Counted from the stretch's first letter, positions 21,305 to 31,371 are shown. The stretch: DNA of 64,000 nt from Candidatus Latescibacterota bacterium (GCA_965243025.1 CBDETY010000003.1:1920001-1984000); one strand, 5' to 3'. Made by a program: numbers and translations. Notes: generated by a model from the letters alone, not told the origin.

Positions 21305-21850
21305 ACCCTGAATCGGAAGCCCACTCTGATCGAGGAAGGGATGCGCGAGCCCCCTGGGCCTGCAAAGCCGTCGTCGCCGTGGTGAGGAGGAGATCATTTC
21401 GTTTGGTCGACAAGATGGCAGGGCAAGCTGGATCTCTTGCCTGATCTGAGTCGGCGACTCGCAGCGGCATATCATGGCGTTCTCAAAGTCAGGCAGTCTG
21501 CATCCTGCGATCTATCCGGACTCGCAGGTACCTCCCCCTGAAGTCGGCACCGTGGATCGAAAGGCCGCTTTCTGATGGAGGAGAGGATGCGCGATTGCCC
21601 CCTGGGTCTACAAAGCCGTCGTCGCCGAGGTGAGGAAGAAGTCATCCCGTTTGGTCGACAAGATGGCAAGCAGGGTGACTGAGGATTCCTCGGGTGCAGC
21701 CTGAGCTCCAGGCGTAACAGGGGAGGCAGCCGGCAGGGATGTCGCCTTGCCGACCATTCGGCATGATTCGCCGCTTCCCTCCACCAGATGAGCATCGATT
21801 CAGTTCCGCCGGCGATGCGGAAGACGGCAGGCACCGGCAGCGGGATGTCA
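21305..21850 (+). repeat. Degenerate tandem repeat (248-bp period), member of the dispersed island repeat family
   Basis: CAAAGCCGTCGTCGCCG at 21363/21611; CGTTTGGTCGACAAGATGGCA at 21400/21648. Confidence 0.9.
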
Positions 21851-22936
21851 TCTTCCTGGCCATCCGAACAGTTTCGCCCTTTCCTTCGACCGGTGATGAG
21901 TGTAGGGAACCGGAGGAACCTCCGTCGCCAGCAGATCCCGGTAGGTCAGCCGTTTCCTCATCATCCGCGCCGTCAGATACCTTATCCGCTCCTCGGGGTC
22001 CAGGTTGCGGATGTTGTGCTTGCCTGTGATCTCCTTGAGGTATCGGGGCAGATACTTGGGAGACACGTGGTGGTGGGTCCCGTATATCGTTCGCTTCGCC
22101 TTGGCCCAGAACGATTCCATGCCGTTCGTATGGACCTCCCCTCTGACGTATTCCTCCTTGTGGTTGACGGTGTCGTGTCTTCCCGGCCATTCGAAACCAT
22201 CGCCAAAGGTCGGGGCATTGTCGCTGAAAAGGGCGCCCTCCGGGCGTACGTTTTCCTCGGCGAAGGGGAACACGGTCTCGCGTGTCTCATCAGGGACCAC
22301 CTTGGAGGCCACGTCGCCGGTTTCCCGGCAGCGCACTCCGCTCACGGGGGTACTGCCAAACCTCCATTTCCAGTGAAACTTCTTGTCGGCGTGCCTGTTT
22401 TTATCGTCTCCGGCGAACCAGGCTTGATCTATCTCGGCCATGCTGCTGCGTAGCGGTTCGGGATCCGGCCAGGCTTCCCGGAGGCGGTGCAGCATGAACA
22501 AGGCCGACGAATACGCAAGGTCGAGGTCGCTCGCAAGCTGCCTGGCGCTGATTCCCTTCGGTCTGGATTCGTACAGGTGGACGCCGATGGCCCATTTTCG
22601 CAAGGGGATCTTGGAGTGGGACATTCCCCCTTCCGTGCGCACGCTGAAGCGCTTTCGACAGCCGCCGCACCAGTAGGGCATGGGCTTGCGGCCGGGGCAT
22701 TCCGATACCCTGTCGGAGCGGCCGCAGCGCGGGCAGTATATGAATTCGGGAAGGCCGTCTACGGTCTTCCCCCATCTTTTCTCTTCGAACCATTTTTCTG
22801 CGGTTGCGTCATCTGGAAACATGCTGAACAAATCAATTAACGAGATGCTTTTACCATTACTCATCCTTACTGACCTTCGGGCCGTGGAATACCGAACTGG
22901 AGACCTGCGGCCCTTACCAAAAACGATGTGATTCAC
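21848..22936 (-). CDS. IS1595 family transposase
   Basis: CPRCG...CGGC Zn ribbon, EIDQ, FSD, HTNGMESFW, HHHVSPKYLPRYL; alternative start ATG 22864. Confidence 0.93.
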   Translation of the reverse strand: MNHIVFGKGRRSPVRYSTARRSVRMSNGKSISLIDLFSMFPDDATAEKWFEEKRWGKTVDGLPEFIYCPRCGRSDRVSECPGRKPMPYWCGGCRKRFSVRTEGGMSHSKIPLRKWAIGVHLYESRPKGISARQLASDLDLAYSSALFMLHRLREAWPDPEPLRSSMAEIDQAWFAGDDKNRHADKKFHWKWRFGSTPVSGVRCRETGDVASKVVPDETRETVFPFAEENVRPEGALFSDNAPTFGDGFEWPGRHDTVNHKEEYVRGEVHTNGMESFWAKAKRTIYGTHHHVSPKYLPRYLKEITGKHNIRNLDPEERIRYLTARMMRKRLTYRDLLATEVPPVPYTHHRSKERAKLFGWPGR

Positions 22937-23082
22937 GCTCCCATGGCTGTCCTTTCGGTTTCAGTGGGATGTGACTCTGCCGGCGTGGCACCGACAGAAG
23001 GGACTGGGGAAGCGGCAGCGGATGCTGCCTTTCCCCGCGATCTATATGCCCTACAGTGTACCTGGATGGACTTAAAAAGCAA
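22933..23082 (-). promoter_or_regulatory. Sigma70 promoter + two-hairpin leader + 3-codon uORF of the IS1595 transposase
   Basis: TTGCTT-16-TACACT; hairpins GGGGAAAGGCAGC/GCTGCCGCTTCCCC and TCTGTCGGTG-CCA-CGCCGGCAGA; AAGGA RBS then ATGGGAGCGTGA overlapping GTG; related copies at 57.5 kb and 63.9 kb. Confidence 0.7.
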
Positions 23083-23470
23083 ATCGCATTCGAGAGATTC
23101 CGATAAAATCTCGTAATGGCGGCGGGAAACTTTGGTTTTATTGGAGCGGGCAGAGGGCGGCAAGGACTGGGGGAGCCGAGATGTCCGCGGGAGGTGCAGG
23201 AATGCCCGATTTCAAGGGAGTTGGAGCCGGGGTGCAGCGATCCTCCGACGCAATCGGCGAAACGGAGTCGCGCTGCGATTCCAAGGCAGAAAAGACCCGG
23301 TCTCTGGATAATCGAGAGGACGCAGAGGGAGGGCTTTCGGAGGCCCCGGCTACCTCGGGGTTCCGGGCGATTCGGGAACGGTCGAGGTGCCGGCTACGCG
23401 GAACTGCGAGGGGAAGGAAGCCCGAACCTGGCGAACCGGCAGGCCATGAGTGCCCTGGCATGGTTTTTGC
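23083..23470 (+). repeat. Dispersed non-coding repeat family copy
   Basis: Reverse complement aligns with 63590-63870 (CGTAATGGCGRCGGGAAACTTTGG, GGATAATCGAGAGGACGC, GAGTGCCCYGGCATGGT) and with 57300-57480. Confidence 0.88.
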
Positions 23471-23622
23471 AGGACTTCGCTTTGAAAGGGGAGTATTCTC
23501 CGAAGGAGAGTACTAACGGGAGGCAACGGCCAACGGGGGTACTTGTCCCTCCACCGATGAGGAAACGCCGAACGTCCTTGCGGGTTGCTCTGTTTTCTCG
23601 TCTGTTGTCCTTCCGGATGCCC

Positions 23623-23730
23623 TTATGGACTTTGGTCGTTTTTCTGATCGGAGTGGGCAAACATACGCCATATGAGCGTAGCGGTGGCCACCACTATGGC
23701 GAGGGCGGCTATCCAGATTTCAGCAGTCAT
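23623..23730 (-). CDS. Small membrane-anchored protein, possibly frameshifted
   Basis: MTAEIWIAALAIVVATATLIWRMFAHSDQKNDQSP; begins 25 bp after the NYN gene; a basic tail continues in another frame. Confidence 0.45.
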   Translation of the reverse strand: MTAEIWIAALAIVVATATLIWRMFAHSDQKNDQSP

Positions 23731-23754
23731 GCCGGTAGTAGCGGATTCTGAAAC

Positions 23755-24555
23755 TCAGCTCGTCCCCCACAGCTCGGGCCGGAACTCCACGGCCTTGACC
23801 GCCTTTACCTGACCGTCCTCTTCGGCTTTGGCCAGTTCGAACTCGATCATGGTGCCGCGCGTCTTGAACTGGGCGAACTGGGCGTTGGTTACGGGCCCGC
23901 CCTTGGCGGTCTGCAGGTCGGAGATGTGCAGGAAGACATCCTCGCGCACGCTGTCAAACTCCGTGCCGGTCCGCACCGTGAGGAAACCGAACCCCTTTTC
24001 CTCGTTGACCATGTGCAGGATCCCCCTGGCGCGCCGGTCGGAGCCGCGGTCGTCTGGAAGGATCCCTGGCACCAGGTAGCCGGAGAAGTGGTTATCCACT
24101 TCTTGGCGCAGCTCTCTGCTGGTGTTCATGAACGACAGCAGATCGACCCGCTTGCCCCTGTTCTGCAATGCCCGCACCAGGCGCACGAAGTCGCCGTCGC
24201 CGCTGCCGAGCAGCACGTAGTCGAGGTTGGCCGACTGCAGCAGGGCGTCAACGGCCAGCTCGAGGTCGGCGTTGGCCTTGGTGATGACCTGGCCCTCCGA
24301 ATCACGGTACTGCTTCACCTCCTTGAGCACGAGGTGGTACCCTTCCCGCCGCAACCGGGTGCGGTAATCCTCTCTTCGCTGCTGGTACTCGGCGTCCGCG
24401 CTTTCGCGCTCGCTGTTGATCGCCATGTAGGCGTTTGCCCGCAGGACCATCCCCCCTTGGCCCTTGACCAGTTCCCTGACTTGGCGGGACCGGAGGGCGT
24501 AGCCACCGCAGCGGCTCAGGTTGTCCATGTCGAGAAAAATACCGGCTTTCAGCAT
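23755..24555 (-). CDS. NYN (LabA/DUF88) domain protein with C-terminal cold-shock/OB domain
   Basis: FLDMDN, KANADLELAVD, LGSGDGDF; KGFGFL...DVFLHIS. Confidence 0.9.
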   Translation of the reverse strand: MLKAGIFLDMDNLSRCGGYALRSRQVRELVKGQGGMVLRANAYMAINSERESADAEYQQRREDYRTRLRREGYHLVLKEVKQYRDSEGQVITKANADLELAVDALLQSANLDYVLLGSGDGDFVRLVRALQNRGKRVDLLSFMNTSRELRQEVDNHFSGYLVPGILPDDRGSDRRARGILHMVNEEKGFGFLTVRTGTEFDSVREDVFLHISDLQTAKGGPVTNAQFAQFKTRGTMIEFELAKAEEDGQVKAVKAVEFRPELWGTS

Positions 24556-24850
24556 TGCTACTTTCCTATTACGATTTCGAAATGGATTATGTGAATTACC
24601 ACCCTCAGTCGCTCCACTGCAACCGTCCTTCCAGCCCTCCGAGCAGAACAACGGATTACCTAACCACGGACACAGAAAAGCCGCATCCCGCTGCTCTGGG
24701 ACACGGCCTTTTGGCTCCTCGATAACTGTCGTGATCTCAGGAAATGGTCAGTTATTTTCTGTCAAAGTCTACGACGGTTGCCTGTGTTCTGTAATTGGGG
24801 TGTGATGTTCGTCCAATTCGAGAAACTATCAACGGTGGTCTCGTCCAGTT

Positions 24851-24931
24851 TTAGTCTTCTTCTCGAAGCATCTCAGCGATGCCTTCAAGCACAGAAGCGG
24901 CTATTTTCTTGGCGAGTTTCTCCCAATTCAT
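24851..24931 (-). CDS. Small amphipathic peptide (26 aa)
   Basis: AGGAGAG RBS then MNWEKLAKKIAASVLEGIAEMLREED*; below the ORF-track cutoff. Confidence 0.5.
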   Translation of the reverse strand: MNWEKLAKKIAASVLEGIAEMLREED

Positions 24932-25556
24932 TGGGCACTCTCCTATTATGGAATGTTGTCCCTGCGAAGGTCTTTCCTTCAATGGGTGTCATGGGGTAGT
25001 CGTATCTCCTTGTCTGGTGAAGCATGTTATCCCCTGCGAAGGTCGATCCTTCTGCGGGGAAAGGAGCAGGATAACATGCGGTAGCCATATTGATATGTCA
25101 ACCCCAAAACCTCAGGGTATGTCCTGTAATCCAGAAATGGTTACAGGCATGCCTTGGGGTGCATATTTGAGCAGGTTGGTTAGGATCGTATATAATTCCC
25201 TAAAAGAATCCATCCGGGAGATACCCGGCGAATGGCGAGGACCAAGGGAAAGATGGTAGACCCGCAGGGTGCGCGTCGTGTGCGCGCACCCTGAGCGAAG
25301 TCGTTTTCGGTCAACGAGGCGGGGAAAAGAGTGCCTTTGATGAGGATGAAAGCAGCCATCGGATTCCTCATCGGGCTGGCATGCGAGTCGGGGGTCCCGG
25401 CCGAGGTGGCGGAGGACCTGCCTCGCCCATGTGCCGCGGAGCCAAGTCGTTCAGGCGTATCAGCGATCCGACCTGATGGCGCGCCGCAAGCAAGTGCTAC
25501 AGGCATGGAACGACTACATTCTGTAGCGGCTTCGCGTTAGTCTCAACCCGTCAACG

Positions 25557-26600
25557 GTGGGCAAACACAATGAAGAGGAAGCTGATTCAGTGGAGAGTAG
25601 TACGGGCTATCGCCTCTGGTTGAAGCTTCGGGTGGGTAAGACGCTGGGAACGGAAGAAGCTGCCCTGACGGCATCGGTGGCCGGCAGGAAAGTCGTGATC
25701 GAGTCCGAGTCGCAACCGCTCAAAGAGGCGTCATGGTTGTTGATCGGATGTCGCGGATTCGAGGCCGAAGACGACGCACGGGATTTCGGCGAGAAGCTCC
25801 GGCGAGCCGCCCATATGGCCGGGTTGTGCGCCCGAGTGGGTGTCGACGCGGGCGAAGACCGCACGGTCTCATGGTTCAATCCGGAGGTCTTGCGAGAATC
25901 CGGTGCCCTGGATCCCGATACACGACTCGGACCCGACATCCATGGCCTCCTGGTCCTGCCGGACGACGGGAAGACGGTGTTCCTTCGCATCGGGCAGCCG
26001 ACGGTGTCGGTACGCTCGAATGCCGGTGATTTCGTGCGGGCTCTTCAGGACGCGTTGCCGGAGAGCGATGAGCCCGCGGGCGATTCCCCCTCGATTCGGC
26101 GGGCGGTGAGAGTGCTGAATATGGCCGAGGTGAATACCGACCCAATCGTGAAGATCGTGATAGCGGTTTCCACCGTCGAAGGGTTGGCGACCGATCCGCC
26201 GTGGACGGACGCACAGAAGGGACTGATCGAGAGTGCCGCCGCTTGGCTTGAGCGCACGCATGGCGACGGCGAAGAGGTCCGCTAGGTCGCCAAGGCGATT
26301 CTCGGAATACGACCCGAGAGCATCCGTCAGCGGATACAGGAGATGCTTAATTCAAATGACCTGTCGGACTTGTTGCGGGATTGGGACGCCCTGTACGAGA
26401 AGCGGAGCCGCTTGTTCCACGGTGGAAGGGGTGGAAGGAAGGACGGCGGCGAGCAGCGGGGCGAACACTTGGAGGAATCCGAGCTTCACGCCTTGGGTCA
26501 AGAGGCATTGAGGCTCTGTGGTAGGATTGTCCTATCCATGGCAAAGCGAGAACGGATTCCGGTTCCCGGACGAGCTAGCGTGCATTTCGGTGTCGAATGA
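25557..26600 (+). pseudogene. Apea-like HEPN domain protein interrupted by one in-frame TAG
   Basis: ORFs 25557..26285 and 26343..26600 are in the same frame; VSTVEGLA then LYEKRSRLFHG (RxxxxH). Confidence 0.7.
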
Positions 26601-26644
26601 GTTTGATCAGGCGGCCGGTCGACGAGGCCGACGCCGTGCTTGAG

Positions 26645-26715
26645 TAGGTTGCCGGGATTCCAATCCGATCACGGGTCGAACCGGGTAGGCCGTGAGTGCC
26701 CCAGAAATCGATGGT
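26645..26715 (+). repeat. Short copy of the dispersed non-coding repeat family
   Basis: CCGGGATTCCAATC identical to the reverse complement of 63194-63207; GGGTCGAACCG..AGG.CGTGAGT shared with 33260-33285. Confidence 0.85.
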
Positions 26716-26808
26716 TCCTCAAGGCGATGGTCTACTGTGTTTTCCGAAATTCCCTAGATTCTTTCGGGAGCTGGGAATCGTCGAACGCACCCAGATGAAA
26801 CTCCGGGA

Positions 26809-29800
26809 TCAGTTTTCAGGACCGGCAACAGATTTAGGGTTTTCCGCCACCATCCGCCACGATTTACCAGGGAGGATCCATTTCCCGGCGGTCTGAGTCG
26901 GATTCCGGATGGGAAGCACTTGGTAGCCGTCGTCATCCGTCTTCTCCACTACATAGAGGTACCACGAATCCGTCCCCTGCTTTTCCGCCGTTTCAAACGC
27001 CTTGCCTATCTGAGCGCGCGTCAGCTCCACGACCTCCTCTTCATCCCAGGGACGGCCCCTCCCCTTCACCTCGATCAGCCGAACTGCCTTGGTCCTCGGG
27101 TCAGTACTGCGGATATCCCAGCCGGTTTGACGGGGATCTCCAAGTTTCGGCTCTCGGCCTGCTTCTCTCTCGTATTGCGCCGCAACCATTCGGTACTCTT
27201 CGTCCCCGAGAGCCGTAGGCCGGTCTTCGTTGGAGATTCCGGTGCCGGCTGCATCGTCCTCTTCAGGGTTCGGCGCGATCTCCCCTTTCAGCGAACCCCT
27301 CAACTGTTCCGCCAGGGCGTTCTGTCGGGCAAGAGCTCTGTCAATGGTGTAAGAGCCGCCGGTTGAACCGGACTCCGGGCGCTCAAGCTCACCGGGTTGC
27401 CCTGTCTCGTCGTCGACCGCCTTCCCATCGCCGGACAGATTAGACTTTCCAAGCCCAGAGGCGCCGGAAGTGCGCGTCTGGTCCGTAGGAGCAACCGCGG
27501 CGTGCCTTTCGTCCCCGGTCGGTGCAGCGGTACTCGGGGGTTGAGTCGGCTCGTCCCCAGGATCGGTTACTTCCTCATGATCCCAATCCAGCCGGAAGGC
27601 TGGCGGCAATTCGAATTGGGGAACATGGGAACGCCGGAACTTTTCTGCGGCAAAACGAAAATCCTGATCGACGTCAATTGCCGTCAGCATGCCAGTGAGA
27701 TCGGCGGCAAGATCTGCACGCTGTCTGAACGAAAATTCTCGTAGGAGTTCCTTGGCCGCGTCGGACGCGAACTGAAGCGGGCGGCCAGCGACGGTCAGAG
27801 CGCTCTCGTGCAGGCGGGCGTTCACCGGCACATCCTCGATGTCACCGTCAAGCAACCGAACCTGGAGAGTAAGCTCGCGAACGCAGATCAGCCTGGGGAG
27901 TTTTTCTGTCTCGATTCCGACTCCGTCGCCTTCCTCTTGCTCATTCCCCCGAACCCGTTGGAGAAGCTGGCAGGTAAGGTCGAACCTGGAAACCCAATCA
28001 TCGGAGAGTGGGGTCTCTTCTCCGCAACGCCACTTCAAGATGACCGAAGACGACAGGAGCGGAAGGCCAATCGCTTCCGCAGTGCCAAGTTGCTGCGGCC
28101 GGGAACGGCCAAGGTGTCCGCCCGTGACAATTCGCACTTGGTGTTTGCTTGGGAGAAATCTCCGATCTTCGATGTCGTCAAAATAGGTGTTGTCGGCCTC
28201 GGTCAAGAAAACCCAATCCCGTTCAGCAAAGACCGTTGCCTCCTTGGTGGCTTCCTCCCATCGTTCAGATAGCCCCGTTTCTCCTGAACAGTCTTCAAGG
28301 CAGTAGGCATATGCGGTCGGGAGCACGTAGCGCACCTCGTTCGCCAACCCTTCGGGCGATAAGCGGGCACGCTTCCATACCTCCCGGATATAATCCATGG
28401 CTTGGCTGCCGGTTGTGGTCTCCGGGAACTCAAAGGGTAAGTCGGGATGTTCCAACTCCGTCCGCAGCACATCTTCGATCTGATCCAGCGGTACGACCCA
28501 ACCTCCCAGCCCGCCTCGGAGACTACCCCCGACCCGCCGGACGATCCGATCAAGCGGGAAACGCCGGTTCTCACTGGACGGCACTGTGAGTTCTTGGAGA
28601 GTTTGATCGAATAAGCCCCTGTCCGTGTTCGACGTTACCTGTTCGCGGCACTCGGCAAGGAGCTGCGCCAGCTCTTCGGCATCGAGTCGGGAGCCGAGAG
28701 CCGAGAGTCTGCGGAGCGATGTAGCTTCCGGAATGACCGTACCGAATTCCACCCCTTCCTGTTCCAATTCGGACACGAGTTCGGATGAAAGTTGCGCAAC
28801 CGGCGCATCTTCCCGTGCTGGGTCGGGCCGTGGAAGTACGTCCTGCGGACGCCGGAGTTCGCCATCTTCACAGGGCACCCATGCCAGTTTGGATAGCTTG
28901 ATCACCCAGACGCTCGGGGTTCCATGGCTGATGTAGGAATGGTAATAGAAATACCAGCACTGCCGCCGCCCCGTGGCATGGAGGACTTGGGAACCATCCT
29001 CGATCCAGGCAGCCAGAGCCCCTCGGAGTTCTCTGGGTGAATCCGGACTCGGAAGACTTGGCTCGATGTCGAAGTCCAGAAGGCGGTAGCCGCTGTCATT
29101 CGATTCACGGATCGTGCCAAGGTCGAGGCCAAGGAATTCCGCCACACGCTGACGATTCCCTCGGAAAGCAAACTCCCGCAAGGTCCGCACTTCGATCTCT
29201 CCCTTTGCGCCAGCTTTCTCGAAGAAAGCCCGCCATTCCCTTGAGTTTGCATGCTTTGGATCCTGGTCCAAGTAATCCGCCGAGATCGACGGGTTCGCCG
29301 GAAACAGGAGGGCGCGATCCCCACCGTGTTCAACATACGGAGTTGCCAGAAGTGCCTCGCCAACCGGAAGGCTCGCTGATCCGCTCTCGGAATCCACAAG
29401 CACGTGAGTCAACAGGTCGGGGCGATTTCGATGTTTCGACCAGTGCCCAAGTGATACGAGCACCGACCAGTCCGGATTCGCAGATTGCATTAGATCGTTC
29501 ACGGCAGCCTCGACGATCTCCTGAAGACTGATGCCGCGGGCGTGCCTCTCGATCCAATCCCACGCTTGCGAAAGGAGCGTCGGCTCTGGCTCGTTGCGTC
29601 TCCGTTGGCGAAGGGTGGCAACCCATTCGTCCTCCAGGCGATTCTCGTTCGGGACGAACGGCTCCACGAATTCGCGGGTTTCGGATCCGCCCGGCTCCCT
29701 TTTGGAAGGAATCCTCTCGTTGAGGAATACGACCTTGGTCACCGGGTGCCATTTGCCGGCGAGGGAACGAATGCAATAAAGATCGACATCCCCCCAGACA

Positions 29801-31371
29801 TCATTAGAAAGCAGATCGGCGACAGCAGCCCATAGGCGAAAAAGCAGGCGCCGCCGACTCTCGTGCTCTCCGGGGAACTGTTTCCACCAATCTTCCAGAC
29901 CACCCTGCCACGCTTGCTCCAATTCTTGCGGCGACATCTCGCCGAGAAGACCAATCCGGCGTAGAAGAATGAGCGCTTTGTGTCCAACCACCTCGTTTAT
30001 AAGCACGGACCCTTTCAGAAGAACCGCCGGTCGCAATTCCGGATATTCCCTGAACGCCCTCGCCAAGGCGTCGGGCGGAACGACGGTTTCGCCCGGTTTC
30101 GCGAACGCCAGTGTGCCGTTCTCCTCACTCCAAACGGGAAACACCGCAGCGTCTTCAAGGCGATTCCGCAACCCCGACAGCCAGGGCTCCTCGGAAAGCA
30201 GTGCTTCAAGTCCTCCAGCCTCGGACGATGGCAACGCGAGGGCCCAAAAAGCCGCCTTGGCCCTGTCGGGCTCCCCAAGCGTATTGGCGGACCATTGGAG
30301 AAAGCTCGTCAATATGTCCGCGATACCGCGCTGCCAGGGATTGTCCTCGATCTCCCGGAGGCCAGTTCGGGAGATATTCAACAGCCAGTCGGCATTGATG
30401 TGAAGACCAAAGGGCAGAGTAACCTCAGTGGGCAAGGTTGCCCAGACCCGTCCCTTGGGGGGTGGTTTGGGAGTGCCGTCGTTATCCAAGGGCAGCACCC
30501 CCAACACCCGGCGATCACGGGCGGCTTCAGCGTAAACCTGCTCGCGCTCTTCCTCGGAAGGCTGGATTTTGCGGTGTTCGAGAAAACACGCAACCGATTC
30601 TCTGGAAGGTCGGAATGGCGCCGAAAATAGCCGCCAGAGCCGATTTTCGTGGTGCGTAACCGCAGTTGCCACCAAGCTCCCCCCGGCCTCTTCGCTGATG
30701 CTCAATTCCCACACCTGACCGTTCACTTCGAGGCGCTCCAGCCCGGACATCGCCAAGATTGCGAGTAGGGTGCGGTCTCCCTCGGGGAGAAAGTGCGCCA
30801 AGTCCGCTTGGAGGTCCCGTCCTCCTTCCGTTTGCCCGTGCATCTCGAACCGGGTGGTGAATCCAGGTTCGGGTGCCGGGATGGTGTCATCCCAGACTGG
30901 GGTTACCGCCCCCAACAAATCGCGTTGTACGTCTCCATACTCCTGGCCCTCCACCTGAGTGGTCTCATAGCGGAATGTCCAACCGCTCCCGGAGATCCAG
31001 GCATTTTGAAACCTCCCGAAGACACTCTTGAAGCCGATACCCATGAAGCCTACGGACGAGGGGCCTTTGGTCGACCGGAAGACTTTTGAGAGTCCCCTGA
31101 CGTCTTCCTCGTCGAGAGGTTGACCTCCATCGTGCTGGAAGGTCAAAGCGTCGCCGTTTTCTGCAACCCGGACTGCGATTGAATGTGCCCCTGCATCGAG
31201 TGCATTCTGGACCAGTTCAAACAGGTATACCCATGGATTCTCGAAGGCTAACTCGAAAACACGCAGTATGGCGCGGCCATCGGGTGAGCCGTAAAACCTC
31301 TGGTTCTCCTCGGCCAATCTCGAGACGAATGATTTTCGTTCATCGTTATCTATGGCGTTCATCCGATTCAT
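26809..31371 (-). CDS. Sacsin-like HATPase + C-terminal DUF3883 (NO VEIN-type) protein
   Basis: ELVQNALDA, STK...VGFMGIGFKSVF, LPT...HINADW; C-terminal GWDIRS...LIEVKG. Confidence 0.88.
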   Translation of the reverse strand: MNRMNAIDNDERKSFVSRLAEENQRFYGSPDGRAILRVFELAFENPWVYLFELVQNALDAGAHSIAVRVAENGDALTFQHDGGQPLDEEDVRGLSKVFRSTKGPSSVGFMGIGFKSVFGRFQNAWISGSGWTFRYETTQVEGQEYGDVQRDLLGAVTPVWDDTIPAPEPGFTTRFEMHGQTEGGRDLQADLAHFLPEGDRTLLAILAMSGLERLEVNGQVWELSISEEAGGSLVATAVTHHENRLWRLFSAPFRPSRESVACFLEHRKIQPSEEEREQVYAEAARDRRVLGVLPLDNDGTPKPPPKGRVWATLPTEVTLPFGLHINADWLLNISRTGLREIEDNPWQRGIADILTSFLQWSANTLGEPDRAKAAFWALALPSSEAGGLEALLSEEPWLSGLRNRLEDAAVFPVWSEENGTLAFAKPGETVVPPDALARAFREYPELRPAVLLKGSVLINEVVGHKALILLRRIGLLGEMSPQELEQAWQGGLEDWWKQFPGEHESRRRLLFRLWAAVADLLSNDVWGDVDLYCIRSLAGKWHPVTKVVFLNERIPSKREPGGSETREFVEPFVPNENRLEDEWVATLRQRRRNEPEPTLLSQAWDWIERHARGISLQEIVEAAVNDLMQSANPDWSVLVSLGHWSKHRNRPDLLTHVLVDSESGSASLPVGEALLATPYVEHGGDRALLFPANPSISADYLDQDPKHANSREWRAFFEKAGAKGEIEVRTLREFAFRGNRQRVAEFLGLDLGTIRESNDSGYRLLDFDIEPSLPSPDSPRELRGALAAWIEDGSQVLHATGRRQCWYFYYHSYISHGTPSVWVIKLSKLAWVPCEDGELRRPQDVLPRPDPAREDAPVAQLSSELVSELEQEGVEFGTVIPEATSLRRLSALGSRLDAEELAQLLAECREQVTSNTDRGLFDQTLQELTVPSSENRRFPLDRIVRRVGGSLRGGLGGWVVPLDQIEDVLRTELEHPDLPFEFPETTTGSQAMDYIREVWKRARLSPEGLANEVRYVLPTAYAYCLEDCSGETGLSERWEEATKEATVFAERDWVFLTEADNTYFDDIEDRRFLPSKHQVRIVTGGHLGRSRPQQLGTAEAIGLPLLSSSVILKWRCGEETPLSDDWVSRFDLTCQLLQRVRGNEQEEGDGVGIETEKLPRLICVRELTLQVRLLDGDIEDVPVNARLHESALTVAGRPLQFASDAAKELLREFSFRQRADLAADLTGMLTAIDVDQDFRFAAEKFRRSHVPQFELPPAFRLDWDHEEVTDPGDEPTQPPSTAAPTGDERHAAVAPTDQTRTSGASGLGKSNLSGDGKAVDDETGQPGELERPESGSTGGSYTIDRALARQNALAEQLRGSLKGEIAPNPEEDDAAGTGISNEDRPTALGDEEYRMVAAQYEREAGREPKLGDPRQTGWDIRSTDPRTKAVRLIEVKGRGRPWDEEEVVELTRAQIGKAFETAEKQGTDSWYLYVVEKTDDDGYQVLPIRNPTQTAGKWILPGKSWRMVAENPKSVAGPEN

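Larger units (their letters stand above)
21107..25200. mobile_element. IS1595-family (ISNwi1-like) element with passenger genes, possibly the left arm of a larger element
   Basis: Inverted ends GGGAATTATA at 21107 and TATAATTCCC at 25191-25200 fit the ggnnatTAT end consensus; encloses a transposase and an NYN gene; no target-site duplication at 25200. Confidence 0.6.

Noticed and set aside
21305-21700. CRISPR array or hammerhead ribozyme (CTGATCGA / CTGATGGA)
   Set aside because: Only two long units 248 bp apart and no cas genes; the hammerhead CUGANGA...GAAA core and stems are not satisfied
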